From: Bacillota bacterium
Lineage (GTDB): Bacteria; Bacillota; Clostridia; Christensenellales; UBA1242
Length of the DNA stretch: 64,000 nucleotides
Assembly (NCBI GenBank): GCA_009784185.1
Contig: WRCD01000001.1
Span: 55,255-119,254 of the forward strand
Direction of reading: 5' to 3'
The notes beneath the pieces are model-generated. The model searched no databases. It saw nothing but the letters and a program-made list of their open reading frames with translations, and was not told where the DNA came from. The translations under genes and the position numbers were made by a program. This document shows positions 13,865-21,427 of the stretch, piece by piece. The first letter of the stretch is position 1. Every line of letters begins with the position of its first letter.

Positions 13865-16840
13865 ATGGACAATTTCTACAATTACACAAAGTCTGAAATC
13901 TTTAATAAGTTCCGCACGAGCGAATCCGGTTTAACAAACGAGCGGGCGGAGGCTCTGCTCAAAACGCATGGACTCAACAAGTTGGCGGAGGCTAAAAAGA
14001 AACATCCGCTTATATTGTTTTTGGCTCAGTTTAAAGATATTATGGTTATTATTCTGCTTATTGCGGCCGTGGTGGTTGCCGCTGTGGGGCTGTTTAAGCA
14101 GGAATACAACGAGCTCTTAGACGCGGGCATAATTTTAATTATTGTACTATTAAATGCTGTTATAAACTTTATCCAACAAAACAAGGCCGATAAAAGCATG
14201 GAGAGCCTGAAGCGCATGAATCAGGCGCACGCCAAGGTGGTGCGGGGCGGGCAGGCTCGCAGTATCCTTGCTCAAAACATAGCATTAGGTGAGCTAATTA
14301 CGCTAGAAGCGGGCGATATTGTACCCGCGGATATGTTTATAACAAAGGCGCATAGCCTGCAGGTAAATGAGTCTGCGCTGACAGGTGAGAGCCATAGCGT
14401 AACCAAAACTGCTGCAGAGAGGCTGGGGCAAAACGTGGCGCTTGGAGATAGAACCAACATGGTGCATTCCGGCAGCGTGGTTAGTTATGGGCGCGGGGCT
14501 GGAGTTGCCGTACGCACCGGCATGAACACTGAAGTGGGTAAAATAGCGCACGCAATTAATACTGCTCCCGAGCAAACAACTCCGCTTCAGCAGAAACTGA
14601 ACAGAGTAGGAACAGTTATCGGAGTTGGTGTGCTGATAATTGCGGCGTTTATATTTGTGCTTAACGTGCTTGTTAAAGATGCTCATTCTATTTTTGACTC
14701 ATTGCTGGTTGCAATTGCGCTGGCGGTTGCAGCAATACCCGAAAGCCTGCCGGCGGCGGTTACTATAATAATGGCGCTAAGTGTTGGGCGGATGAGTAAG
14801 AAAAACGCCATTATCCGGCGGCTTAGTGCGGTAGAGACGCTTGGCTCATGTCAGGTAATATGCAGCGACAAAACCGGCACGCTTACGCAAAACAAGATGA
14901 CAGTGGTGGAAGTGTTTATGCCGGAAATGTTGACAGTACAAAATTCCCCTTCTCCGAAGGGGTGGATGCCGAAGGCAGACGGGGTAACAGCGGTCAAAGC
15001 AGAGTCCGTGCTGTTGGCCGCGGCAAGGCCGCGACTAGCCGCCGCGCAGAGCGGCGTAAGGGCCTTTAACACACCCCGTCCGCCTGACGGCTGCCCCCGG
15101 CTGCGCGCACCGCGCTTGCCCGCTTTGGCTACAAACAGCGCCCCACGCTGTTTGCTTTACGCGTCGCGCCCCTCTTATAGAGGGGAGTTGAGAAGCGCTT
15201 CTATCAGGGGGATTGCTTCGTTTGAAGGGGCAGGAGGCAGGGCTCGCAATGACAGCGCCCACGAGCTAATCCGCTGTATGCTGCTTTGCTCCGACTCTAC
15301 AGTCAGCGGCGGCAAGGTTATAGGCAACCCTACCGAAAATGCGCTGGTGGAGTACGGGCTGAAGCAGGGATTTAATAAAAAACTATTTGACGAACAATAT
15401 AGGAGAATAGACGAGCTGCCGTTTGACAGTAACCGAAAACTGATGACAACATTTAATATGGTAAACGGCAAGGTGGTTGGCTACACAAAGGGCTCGCCAG
15501 ATAATGTTTTGGACAGGTGTACACATTATTTGCAAGATGATGAGATGCTGCCACTTACCGGAGAAGTTGTTGAGCAAATGAAAAGCGAGATAGTTAGAGC
15601 AAACTCAAAAGCGTTGCGCACACTTGCGTTTGCGTATAAGGAATGTGGCGGAAGCAAGAAGTTTGGCTTTGACAATGAGCAGGGGCTAACTTTTATTGGT
15701 TTTGCTGGTCTAATTGACCCGCCAAGGCCGGAGGTGGCCCAGGCTATAAAAACCTGCAAGGCGGCCGGTATGACTACGGTAATGATTACCGGGGACCACT
15801 TAATTACCGCACTTGCAATAGCACGGCAGATTGGCTTAGCCGAGCGTGAACACGAAGCCATAACCGGCAAGCAGCTGGATGCCATGAGTGATGCGGAGTT
15901 TAAACGCAGGATAGAAAGCATTAAGGTTTACGCAAGAGTCAGCCCTGAAAACAAGGTGCGGATTGTGGATACATGGAAGAGCTTAGGCAAGGTGGTTGCC
16001 ATGACGGGCGACGGGGTGAATGACGCGCCAAGCCTTAAGCGGGCAGATATTGGAATCGGCATGGGCATATCGGGCACGGAGCTAACCAGGCAGGTGGCGG
16101 ATATGGTGCTTGCAGACGATAACTTTGCAACAATTGTGGTGGCGGTACGCGAGGGCAGGCGGATACTGGACAATATTAAAAAAGCCATCCGCTATATGTT
16201 CAGCACAAATCTGACGGAAGTTATTTCAATACTGACGGTTACAATGATTGCGCCCAAACTTACATTTTTATTGCCGATACAGATATTGTTTATAAACCTT
16301 GTTACCGACGGGCTGCCGGCCATTGCGCTGGGCATGCAAAGAAGCGAAAAGGATATTATGAACAGGAAGCCCGTACCCAAAACGGCTGGCCTATTTAGCG
16401 GCGGGCTTGGAAAAAACATTATTACCGAGGCCGCAATGCAAAGCGTTATTGTAATCAGCTTGTTTTTTGCAGCAAACGCCTTGTGGGGAAATGCTGTTGC
16501 CACAACCTGCGCTTTCATTACTCTCTCGCTGATACAACTATTCCACGCATGGAATGTACGAACTCATACAAGCATATTTAAGTCGGCTCCGCACAAAGAC
16601 AGGCTTATGCTGCTGGCATTCGGGCTTGGCCTTGGCCTTAACCTGATGATTGCACTTACGCCGGGCATTGCAGCCGCATTTGGAGTAGTTCCGCTAACCC
16701 TAACCCAATGGGCAGTGGTGGCGCTATGCAGTATGGCAATAATCCCACTGGTGGAGGTGTATAAACTAATAACTGTCTTTGCGAGTCGTTCCGGCAACGC
16801 CCGCAAACGAAGCAATCCCCTAAGTAGAAACAGCAGTTAA
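13865..16840 (+). CDS. P-type cation (Ca2+-type, P2) ATPase carrying repeat-derived insertions
   Basis: Motifs TGES, DKTGTLT, TGDH and GDGVNDAP, with about 10 TM segments. The true start is the ATG at 13865, after a GAGGTGG SD. The ORF-track start at 13622 reads through a palindromic element. Confidence 0.85.
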   Translation: MDNFYNYTKSEIFNKFRTSESGLTNERAEALLKTHGLNKLAEAKKKHPLILFLAQFKDIMVIILLIAAVVVAAVGLFKQEYNELLDAGIILIIVLLNAVINFIQQNKADKSMESLKRMNQAHAKVVRGGQARSILAQNIALGELITLEAGDIVPADMFITKAHSLQVNESALTGESHSVTKTAAERLGQNVALGDRTNMVHSGSVVSYGRGAGVAVRTGMNTEVGKIAHAINTAPEQTTPLQQKLNRVGTVIGVGVLIIAAFIFVLNVLVKDAHSIFDSLLVAIALAVAAIPESLPAAVTIIMALSVGRMSKKNAIIRRLSAVETLGSCQVICSDKTGTLTQNKMTVVEVFMPEMLTVQNSPSPKGWMPKADGVTAVKAESVLLAAARPRLAAAQSGVRAFNTPRPPDGCPRLRAPRLPALATNSAPRCLLYASRPSYRGELRSASIRGIASFEGAGGRARNDSAHELIRCMLLCSDSTVSGGKVIGNPTENALVEYGLKQGFNKKLFDEQYRRIDELPFDSNRKLMTTFNMVNGKVVGYTKGSPDNVLDRCTHYLQDDEMLPLTGEVVEQMKSEIVRANSKALRTLAFAYKECGGSKKFGFDNEQGLTFIGFAGLIDPPRPEVAQAIKTCKAAGMTTVMITGDHLITALAIARQIGLAEREHEAITGKQLDAMSDAEFKRRIESIKVYARVSPENKVRIVDTWKSLGKVVAMTGDGVNDAPSLKRADIGIGMGISGTELTRQVADMVLADDNFATIVVAVREGRRILDNIKKAIRYMFSTNLTEVISILTVTMIAPKLTFLLPIQILFINLVTDGLPAIALGMQRSEKDIMNRKPVPKTAGLFSGGLGKNIITEAAMQSVIVISLFFAANALWGNAVATTCAFITLSLIQLFHAWNVRTHTSIFKSAPHKDRLMLLAFGLGLGLNLMIALTPGIAAAFGVVPLTLTQWAVVALCSMAIIPLVEVYKLITVFASRSGNARKRSNPLSRNSS
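14940..15189. repeat. Composite B/A element (expanded) inside the ATPase coding sequence
   Basis: It begins AAAATTCCCCTTCTCCGAAGGGGTGGATGCCGAAGGCAGACGGGGTAAC and ends ACACACCCCGTCCGCC...GCGCCCCTCTTATAGAGGGGAGTT. Confidence 0.8.
15199..15255. repeat. Type-C repeat inside the ATPase coding sequence
   Basis: The sequence is TTCTATCAGGGGGATTGCTTCGTTTGAAGGGGCAGGAGGCAGGGCTCGCAATGACAG. Confidence 0.8.
16773..16829. repeat. Type-C repeat (reverse) forming the last codons of the ATPase gene
   Basis: The sequence is CTGTCTTTGCGAGTCG...CGAAGCAATCCCCTAAGTAGAA. Confidence 0.75.
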
Positions 16841-16854
16841 TATGAGCACGGAAC

Positions 16855-16977
16855 AAAATTCCCCTCTGTAAGAGGGGCGCGACGCGTAAAGCAAACAGCG
16901 TGGGGCGCTGTTTGTAGCCAAAGCGGGCAAGCGCGGTGCGCGCAGCCGGGGGCAGCCGTCAGGCGGACGGGGTGTGG
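16855..16977. repeat. Solo expanded type-A end; near-identical inverted copy of 15068-15189
   Basis: Its reverse complement aligns base-for-base with 15071-15189. I counted two differences (TTACAG/TTATAG and GAATT/GAGTT). Confidence 0.85.
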
Positions 16978-17001
16978 TTAGAGAAATGGAGCAACAAAAA
17001 A

Positions 17002-17032
17002 AGCGGGCTGGTTAGCCTGCTTTTACTTTTTT
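17002..17032 (+). terminator. Intrinsic terminator after the ATPase gene
   Basis: An 8-bp stem AGCGGGCT/AGCCTGCT with loop GGTT is followed by a T-rich tail. Confidence 0.6.
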
Positions 17033-17050
17033 GTGTTTAAACTATTTTGT

Positions 17051-17080
17051 TTGACTTTCTCTCTTTCTTTATCATATAAT
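17051..17080 (+). promoter_or_regulatory. cysS promoter TTGACT-18-TATAAT
   Basis: The hexamers were read directly. The leader is only about 25 nt long. Confidence 0.55.
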
Positions 17081-17106
17081 CTCTTCATAAGTAAGGAGAT
17101 TCTATT

Positions 17107-18540
17107 TTGCTTAAGCTATATGATTCGCTAACAAGAGAGAAGCGGGAGTTTGTACCGGTTACCAAAGGCGAAATTAAAATGTATGTCTGCGGTGTTACGG
17201 TATATAATAAAATGCATATCGGAAATGCGCGCACTTATGTGTCTTATGATATTATGCGCGAGTATTTTATTAATTTCAAAAACTACAAAGTGCTGTATAT
17301 CCAAAACATAACCGATGTTGGTGCGGTTGTTGGCGATGCCGACCGCGGCGAGGATAAGATTGAAAAGCAGGCACGGCTTGCCGGCCTCCACCCTATGGAA
17401 GTTGTGGATATGTACATTAAGCTCATGTGGGACGGGCTTGATGCGCTGAGAAACAGGAGACCGAATATAAGTCCGCGCGCAACCGGACATATTGTTGAAA
17501 TAATTGAAGCGGTTCAGGCTATGATAGCCAGCGGCAGTGCGTATGTGGCTGGCGGCGATGTTTACATTGATGTATCCAAAATTAAGAACTACGGCTGCCT
17601 CAGCGGCAACACCTTGGAGGCATTAAGCGCCGGTTATAGGATTGAGGCCGAGAGCAAAAAGCGCAGCCCGCATGATTTCAGTGTATGGAAGTCTGCCGGG
17701 CCAAAGTCTGACCTTAAGTGGAACAGCCCATGGGGAATGGGCTACCCCGGCTGGCATATTGAGTGCTCGGTTATGAGCCAGAAATATTTGGGCAACACTT
17801 TTGATATTCACGGCGGAGGCGCGGACATAAAGTTTCCGCATCATGAAAATGAAATTGCACAGAGCTATGCGCTGCACGGATGTCAGCCCGTCAACTATTG
17901 GGTGCATACCGGTATGCTTAATGTGGACGGAGCTAAAATGGCTAAGAGCGCAGGCAACTTTATAACCGCCGATGATGCCATTACAAAGTTTGGTGCAAGA
18001 GAGCTGAGATGGTTTTTTGTTAATTGCCATTACGGCAGCCCCACCAATATAAGCGCAGAAAGCATTGCCGCAACCGAAGCCGGATATGAGCGCCTGGCAA
18101 CCTACTTTTATAATCTGAAGCAAAATGCGGGCAACGCAAAAAATGCTGAGCTGGATAAGCTACTGAAAGACTTAGCAAACAAGTTTGAAGCCAGTATGGA
18201 CGACGACATAAACACCCCGAATGCGGTTGCGGCAATTTACGAATTTATAAAGCTAACAAACCCTATTATAGTATCTAAGCAATACAATTTGGGCAACATA
18301 AGCGCAATAACCGAGTTTTTTAGCAAAGTTAACCAAGTGTTTAAGGTGTTTGATTTTTTAACAGAAACAGGCGGGAAGCCGGACGACAGAGAAGCTAAAG
18401 TAAAACAGCTGATTGAAGAGCGTAATAATTTCAGGGCAGCTAAAAACTTTGCGGAGGCTGATAGAGTTAAGCAGGAGATATTGGCACTGAATGTGGAGTT
18501 GTATGACAACAAGGACGGCACGACGTATAGGCTGAAGTAA
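17107..18540 (+). CDS. cysS: Cysteine--tRNA ligase
   Basis: HIGN (HIGH) and KMAKS (KMSKS) motifs, and WHIECS. It has a TTG start after an AAGGAGA SD and a promoter at 17051-17080. Confidence 0.9.
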   Translation: MLKLYDSLTREKREFVPVTKGEIKMYVCGVTVYNKMHIGNARTYVSYDIMREYFINFKNYKVLYIQNITDVGAVVGDADRGEDKIEKQARLAGLHPMEVVDMYIKLMWDGLDALRNRRPNISPRATGHIVEIIEAVQAMIASGSAYVAGGDVYIDVSKIKNYGCLSGNTLEALSAGYRIEAESKKRSPHDFSVWKSAGPKSDLKWNSPWGMGYPGWHIECSVMSQKYLGNTFDIHGGGADIKFPHHENEIAQSYALHGCQPVNYWVHTGMLNVDGAKMAKSAGNFITADDAITKFGARELRWFFVNCHYGSPTNISAESIAATEAGYERLATYFYNLKQNAGNAKNAELDKLLKDLANKFEASMDDDINTPNAVAAIYEFIKLTNPIIVSKQYNLGNISAITEFFSKVNQVFKVFDFLTETGGKPDDREAKVKQLIEERNNFRAAKNFAEADRVKQEILALNVELYDNKDGTTYRLK

Positions 18541-18543
18541 ACC

Positions 18544-18681
18544 AAAAATTCCCCTTTGCTGCGCGAAGGGGTGGATGACGAGCCGAAAGGCGATGTCAGA
18601 CGGGGTAGTCGCTTGCGGAGCAAGCGCAAAAGCCTTTTTAACACACCCCGCCCTTCGGGCACCCCTCTCAAGAGGGGAATT
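18544..18681. repeat. Composite B/A element
   Basis: It begins AAAAATTCCCCTTTGCTGCGCGAAGGGGTGGA..GACGGGGTAG and ends ACACACCCCGCCCTTCGGGCACCCCTCTCAAGAGGGGAATT. Confidence 0.8.
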
Positions 18682-18705
18682 AATTAGAAGAGGAGAAATA
18701 AAAAT

Positions 18706-19359
18706 ATGGCAGATTTATCACAGATGAAACTAAACAACGGGACACCGATTAACCGGAAACGCAAAATGATTGTGTCGGTAGTGGGAGACACTGTCTGCAG
18801 TGCAGACAGCGAAAAGTATATTCTGGCAATGGAGCTGGGCAAGGCGCTTGTAGACAACGGCTACAGGGTTATGACCGGCGGCAACGGCGGAATTATGAAA
18901 GCGGCGCATGAAGGCGCGCATAGGAGCAAAAAGTATCGCGAAGGCGATACCATTGCTATTTTGCCTCAGGCTGACCATAATGAAGCAAATGCTTATGCGG
19001 ATATTTGTATCGGTTCCGGCCTGGACATGGTGCGCGATTTAATTGTTGCTAACAGCAAGGTAGTAATTGCGGTAGGCGGAGGAAGCGGAACGCTTCATGA
19101 AATGGCGGCGGCCTGGCAGCGCAGCAGAATGATTATAGGATATACTAATGTTAAGGGCTGGAGCGCTAATCTGGCAGGGCAAAAAATGGACAACCGTCAG
19201 CGTTACGGCGGTGTGGATGACGTAATCTGGCCGGTTACAAACGCAAAGGAAGTTATTGCAACCATTAACAAATACCTGCCGATGTACACTAAGGTTACAG
19301 AGAAGCTGGCATACGACCACCGTATGGTTGTGGAAGAGGCCGAACCAAGAACGGAATAA
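18706..19359 (+). CDS. TIGR00725/LOG-like (SLOG) family protein
   Basis: Motifs TGGNGGIM.AA..GA and VGGGSGTLHE, and an AGAGGAGA SD. Confidence 0.65.
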   Translation: MADLSQMKLNNGTPINRKRKMIVSVVGDTVCSADSEKYILAMELGKALVDNGYRVMTGGNGGIMKAAHEGAHRSKKYREGDTIAILPQADHNEANAYADICIGSGLDMVRDLIVANSKVVIAVGGGSGTLHEMAAAWQRSRMIIGYTNVKGWSANLAGQKMDNRQRYGGVDDVIWPVTNAKEVIATINKYLPMYTKVTEKLAYDHRMVVEEAEPRTE

Positions 19360-19361
19360 AT

Positions 19362-19500
19362 AAAATTCCCCTCTAGAGAGGGGTGCCACGGAGTGGCGGG
19401 GTGTGGTTAACGCAAAGTTTTGCGCTACCTCCGGTAGCGGCTACCCCGTCTGCACTTCGCTAACGGCTCGTGCATCCACCCCTTCGAAAAAGGGGAATTT
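19362..19500. repeat. Composite A/B element
   Basis: It begins AAAATTCCCCTCTAGAGAGGGGTGCCACGGAGTGGCGGGGTGTGG and ends GGCTACCCCGTCTGC..CCACCCCTTCGAAAAAGGGGAATTT. Confidence 0.8.
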
Positions 19501-19522
19501 CATAAAGAAGGACAAAACAAAA

Positions 19523-21364
19523 ATGCAAGAGAAGCTTACATTTAATGCGTTGCTGGATAAGTGGAGCAGATTCTGGACAGAGAATAATCACAAACAGATT
19601 AAAAACTCCAGCCTTGTGCCGGACGGCGATACAAGCGTGTTGTTTACAACTGCCGGAATGCAGCCGCTGGTGCCGTATCTCTTAGGCAGGCCGCATCCAA
19701 ACGGAACAAGGTTATATAACGTTCAGACATGTCTCCGGACAGACGACATAGAAGAGGTGGGCGACAGCAGTCACCTTACCAGTTTTCATATGCTGGGCAA
19801 CTGGAGCCTGGGCGACTATTTTAAAGAGGAATCTATTAAATACAGCTTCAACTTTTTAACAAATCCCAAATGGCTGAATATCCCGCTTGAAAAGCTGTCC
19901 GTAACAGTTTTTAAAGGAGACGAAAACGCTCCGTATGATGAGGTAAGTGCTGCGGCATGGGAAAAACTGGGTATACCAAAGAGCCGTATCTACCCCCTGG
20001 GAAAAAAAGATAACTGGTGGGCGGCCGGTGATACCGGACCTTGCGGACCCGACACCGAAATTTTTTATGATACCGGCAAGCCGTCTTGCGGAGAAAGTTG
20101 TGGGCCTGCTTGTAATTGCGGAAAACATATAGAAATCTGGAACAATGTTTTTATGGAATATAACGTTCCGGCACCGGGTGCAAAGCCCGAAAAACTGCCG
20201 AAACAGAATGTAGATACCGGCATGGGCGCAGACCGTGTACTATGCGTGCTTAACGGGTATGAGACGGTTTTTGAAAGAACTTGTTTTATGGGCGCAATAG
20301 TTATTTTGGAAGAGCTTAGTTCTCACTTTTCTTACAATCCTTCTAAAAAGGACAATAACTCAGAAGCCGTAAACAAGGATTTCAGAATAATAGCCGACCA
20401 CCTGCGAAGTGCTGTATTTTTGCTGGGCGATGAAATGCCAACAACACCAAGCAATACCGGCAGGGGATATATATTGCGCAGATTGATACGGCGGGCAATT
20501 ATGTGTGCCAGAAAGTTGTATATAACAGATTCACGGCAATTAACAAAAGTGATTGAATATTATATCAGGTATTATGCAAATCTTTATCCAAATATGGATA
20601 TGCGCGCAAGTGATATAGTTGGAGAGTTTGTTAAAGAGGCAGACGCTTTTGGTAAAACCCTGGCCAGTGGCATGAAAGAGTTTGAAACTGTTGTAAGCAC
20701 AATAAAGAGTTCAAGCGAGCGCAGTAACTTAATCACCGGCCAGCAAGTGTTTAGGTTGTACGACACATTCGGTTTTCCGCCGGAGCTTACAGAAGAACTT
20801 GCTAAGGAAAAAGGGCTGACTGTTGACATGGCAGGCTTCAAGGTGGCTTACGCCGAGCATCAGGAAAAATCGAGAGCCGGCGGAGCCGATATGTTTAAGG
20901 GCGGAGTGTTTAGGGGAGACGGTGCGCAAGAGGAGATGCTGAAAAAGCTGCACTCAGCAACGCATTTATTACACGCGGCGCTTGGCAAAGTGCTGGGCAA
21001 CACAAGCTTGCAACGCGGAAGCAATATTACAGCCGAGCGGTTGCGTTTCGATTTTTTATGCGACCATAAACTTACTGACGACGAAATTAAACGGGTTGAA
21101 GAACTGGTTAACAGTTGGATTAAGGCTGACGAGCCTATAGTTTGTAACGAAATGAGTTTGGACGAGGCAAAGAGGAGCGGCGCAATAGGAATATTCAGTG
21201 ATAAGTACGGCGAAAAAGTTACTGTTTACTCAATGGGCGGATTCAGTAAAGAACTATGCGGCGGGCCGCATGCAAGCCGAACCGGTGAGCTCGGGAGCTT
21301 TAAAATAACCAAAGAAGAAGCCAGCAGCGCGGGAGTGCGCAGGATTAAGGCGGAGTTGAGGTAA
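19523..21364 (+). CDS. alaS: Alanine--tRNA ligase, short form (613 aa) ending after the editing domain
   Basis: Class II core FTTAGMQPLVPYLLG. Editing-site HSATHLLH and CGGPH motifs are followed by AGVRRI and the stop. The start is the ATG at 19523; the ORF-track start at 19403 reads through a palindromic element. Confidence 0.8.
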   Translation: MQEKLTFNALLDKWSRFWTENNHKQIKNSSLVPDGDTSVLFTTAGMQPLVPYLLGRPHPNGTRLYNVQTCLRTDDIEEVGDSSHLTSFHMLGNWSLGDYFKEESIKYSFNFLTNPKWLNIPLEKLSVTVFKGDENAPYDEVSAAAWEKLGIPKSRIYPLGKKDNWWAAGDTGPCGPDTEIFYDTGKPSCGESCGPACNCGKHIEIWNNVFMEYNVPAPGAKPEKLPKQNVDTGMGADRVLCVLNGYETVFERTCFMGAIVILEELSSHFSYNPSKKDNNSEAVNKDFRIIADHLRSAVFLLGDEMPTTPSNTGRGYILRRLIRRAIMCARKLYITDSRQLTKVIEYYIRYYANLYPNMDMRASDIVGEFVKEADAFGKTLASGMKEFETVVSTIKSSSERSNLITGQQVFRLYDTFGFPPELTEELAKEKGLTVDMAGFKVAYAEHQEKSRAGGADMFKGGVFRGDGAQEEMLKKLHSATHLLHAALGKVLGNTSLQRGSNITAERLRFDFLCDHKLTDDEIKRVEELVNSWIKADEPIVCNEMSLDEAKRSGAIGIFSDKYGEKVTVYSMGGFSKELCGGPHASRTGELGSFKITKEEASSAGVRRIKAELR

Positions 21365-21369
21365 TTTTA

Positions 21370-21398
21370 TTGACATCACACCCAAACTAAGTTATAAT
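21370..21398 (+). promoter_or_regulatory. Promoter TTGACA-17-TATAAT
   Basis: It has consensus hexamers and lies upstream of the DUF4097-like gene. Confidence 0.6.
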
Positions 21399-21427
21399 GA
21401 AAAAAATTGGTCTGTTGTGAGGTGAAT

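Noticed and set aside
14940-15255. ATPase insert as an intein or an intron
   Set aside because: No intein splice-junction residues or blocks (Cys/Ser...HN-Cys/Ser/Thr) are present, and no group I or group II intron features. The sequence is fully explained by three repeat-family members also found intergenically.
17033-17106. T-box leaders upstream of cysS, alaS and tyrS (as expected in many Bacillota)
   Set aside because: Predicted promoters lie only about 20-30 nt from the cysS and tyrS start codons. That leaves no room for a T-box of about 200 nt. The alaS upstream region is occupied by a palindromic repeat and has no T-box sequence (AAUUAGGGUGGUACCGCG-like) that I could see.
17745-17760. 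GGCTACCCCGGCTGG inside cysS resembling a type-B repeat end
   Set aside because: It is a short chance match that encodes the conserved CysRS GYPGWH motif. The rest of the repeat is absent.
19403-19522. N-terminal 40-codon extension of the alaS ORF
   Set aside because: It is encoded entirely by the A/B element at 19362-19500 (peptide ..GYPVCTSLTARASTPSKKGNF..). The conserved AlaRS N-terminus starts at the ATG at 19523.
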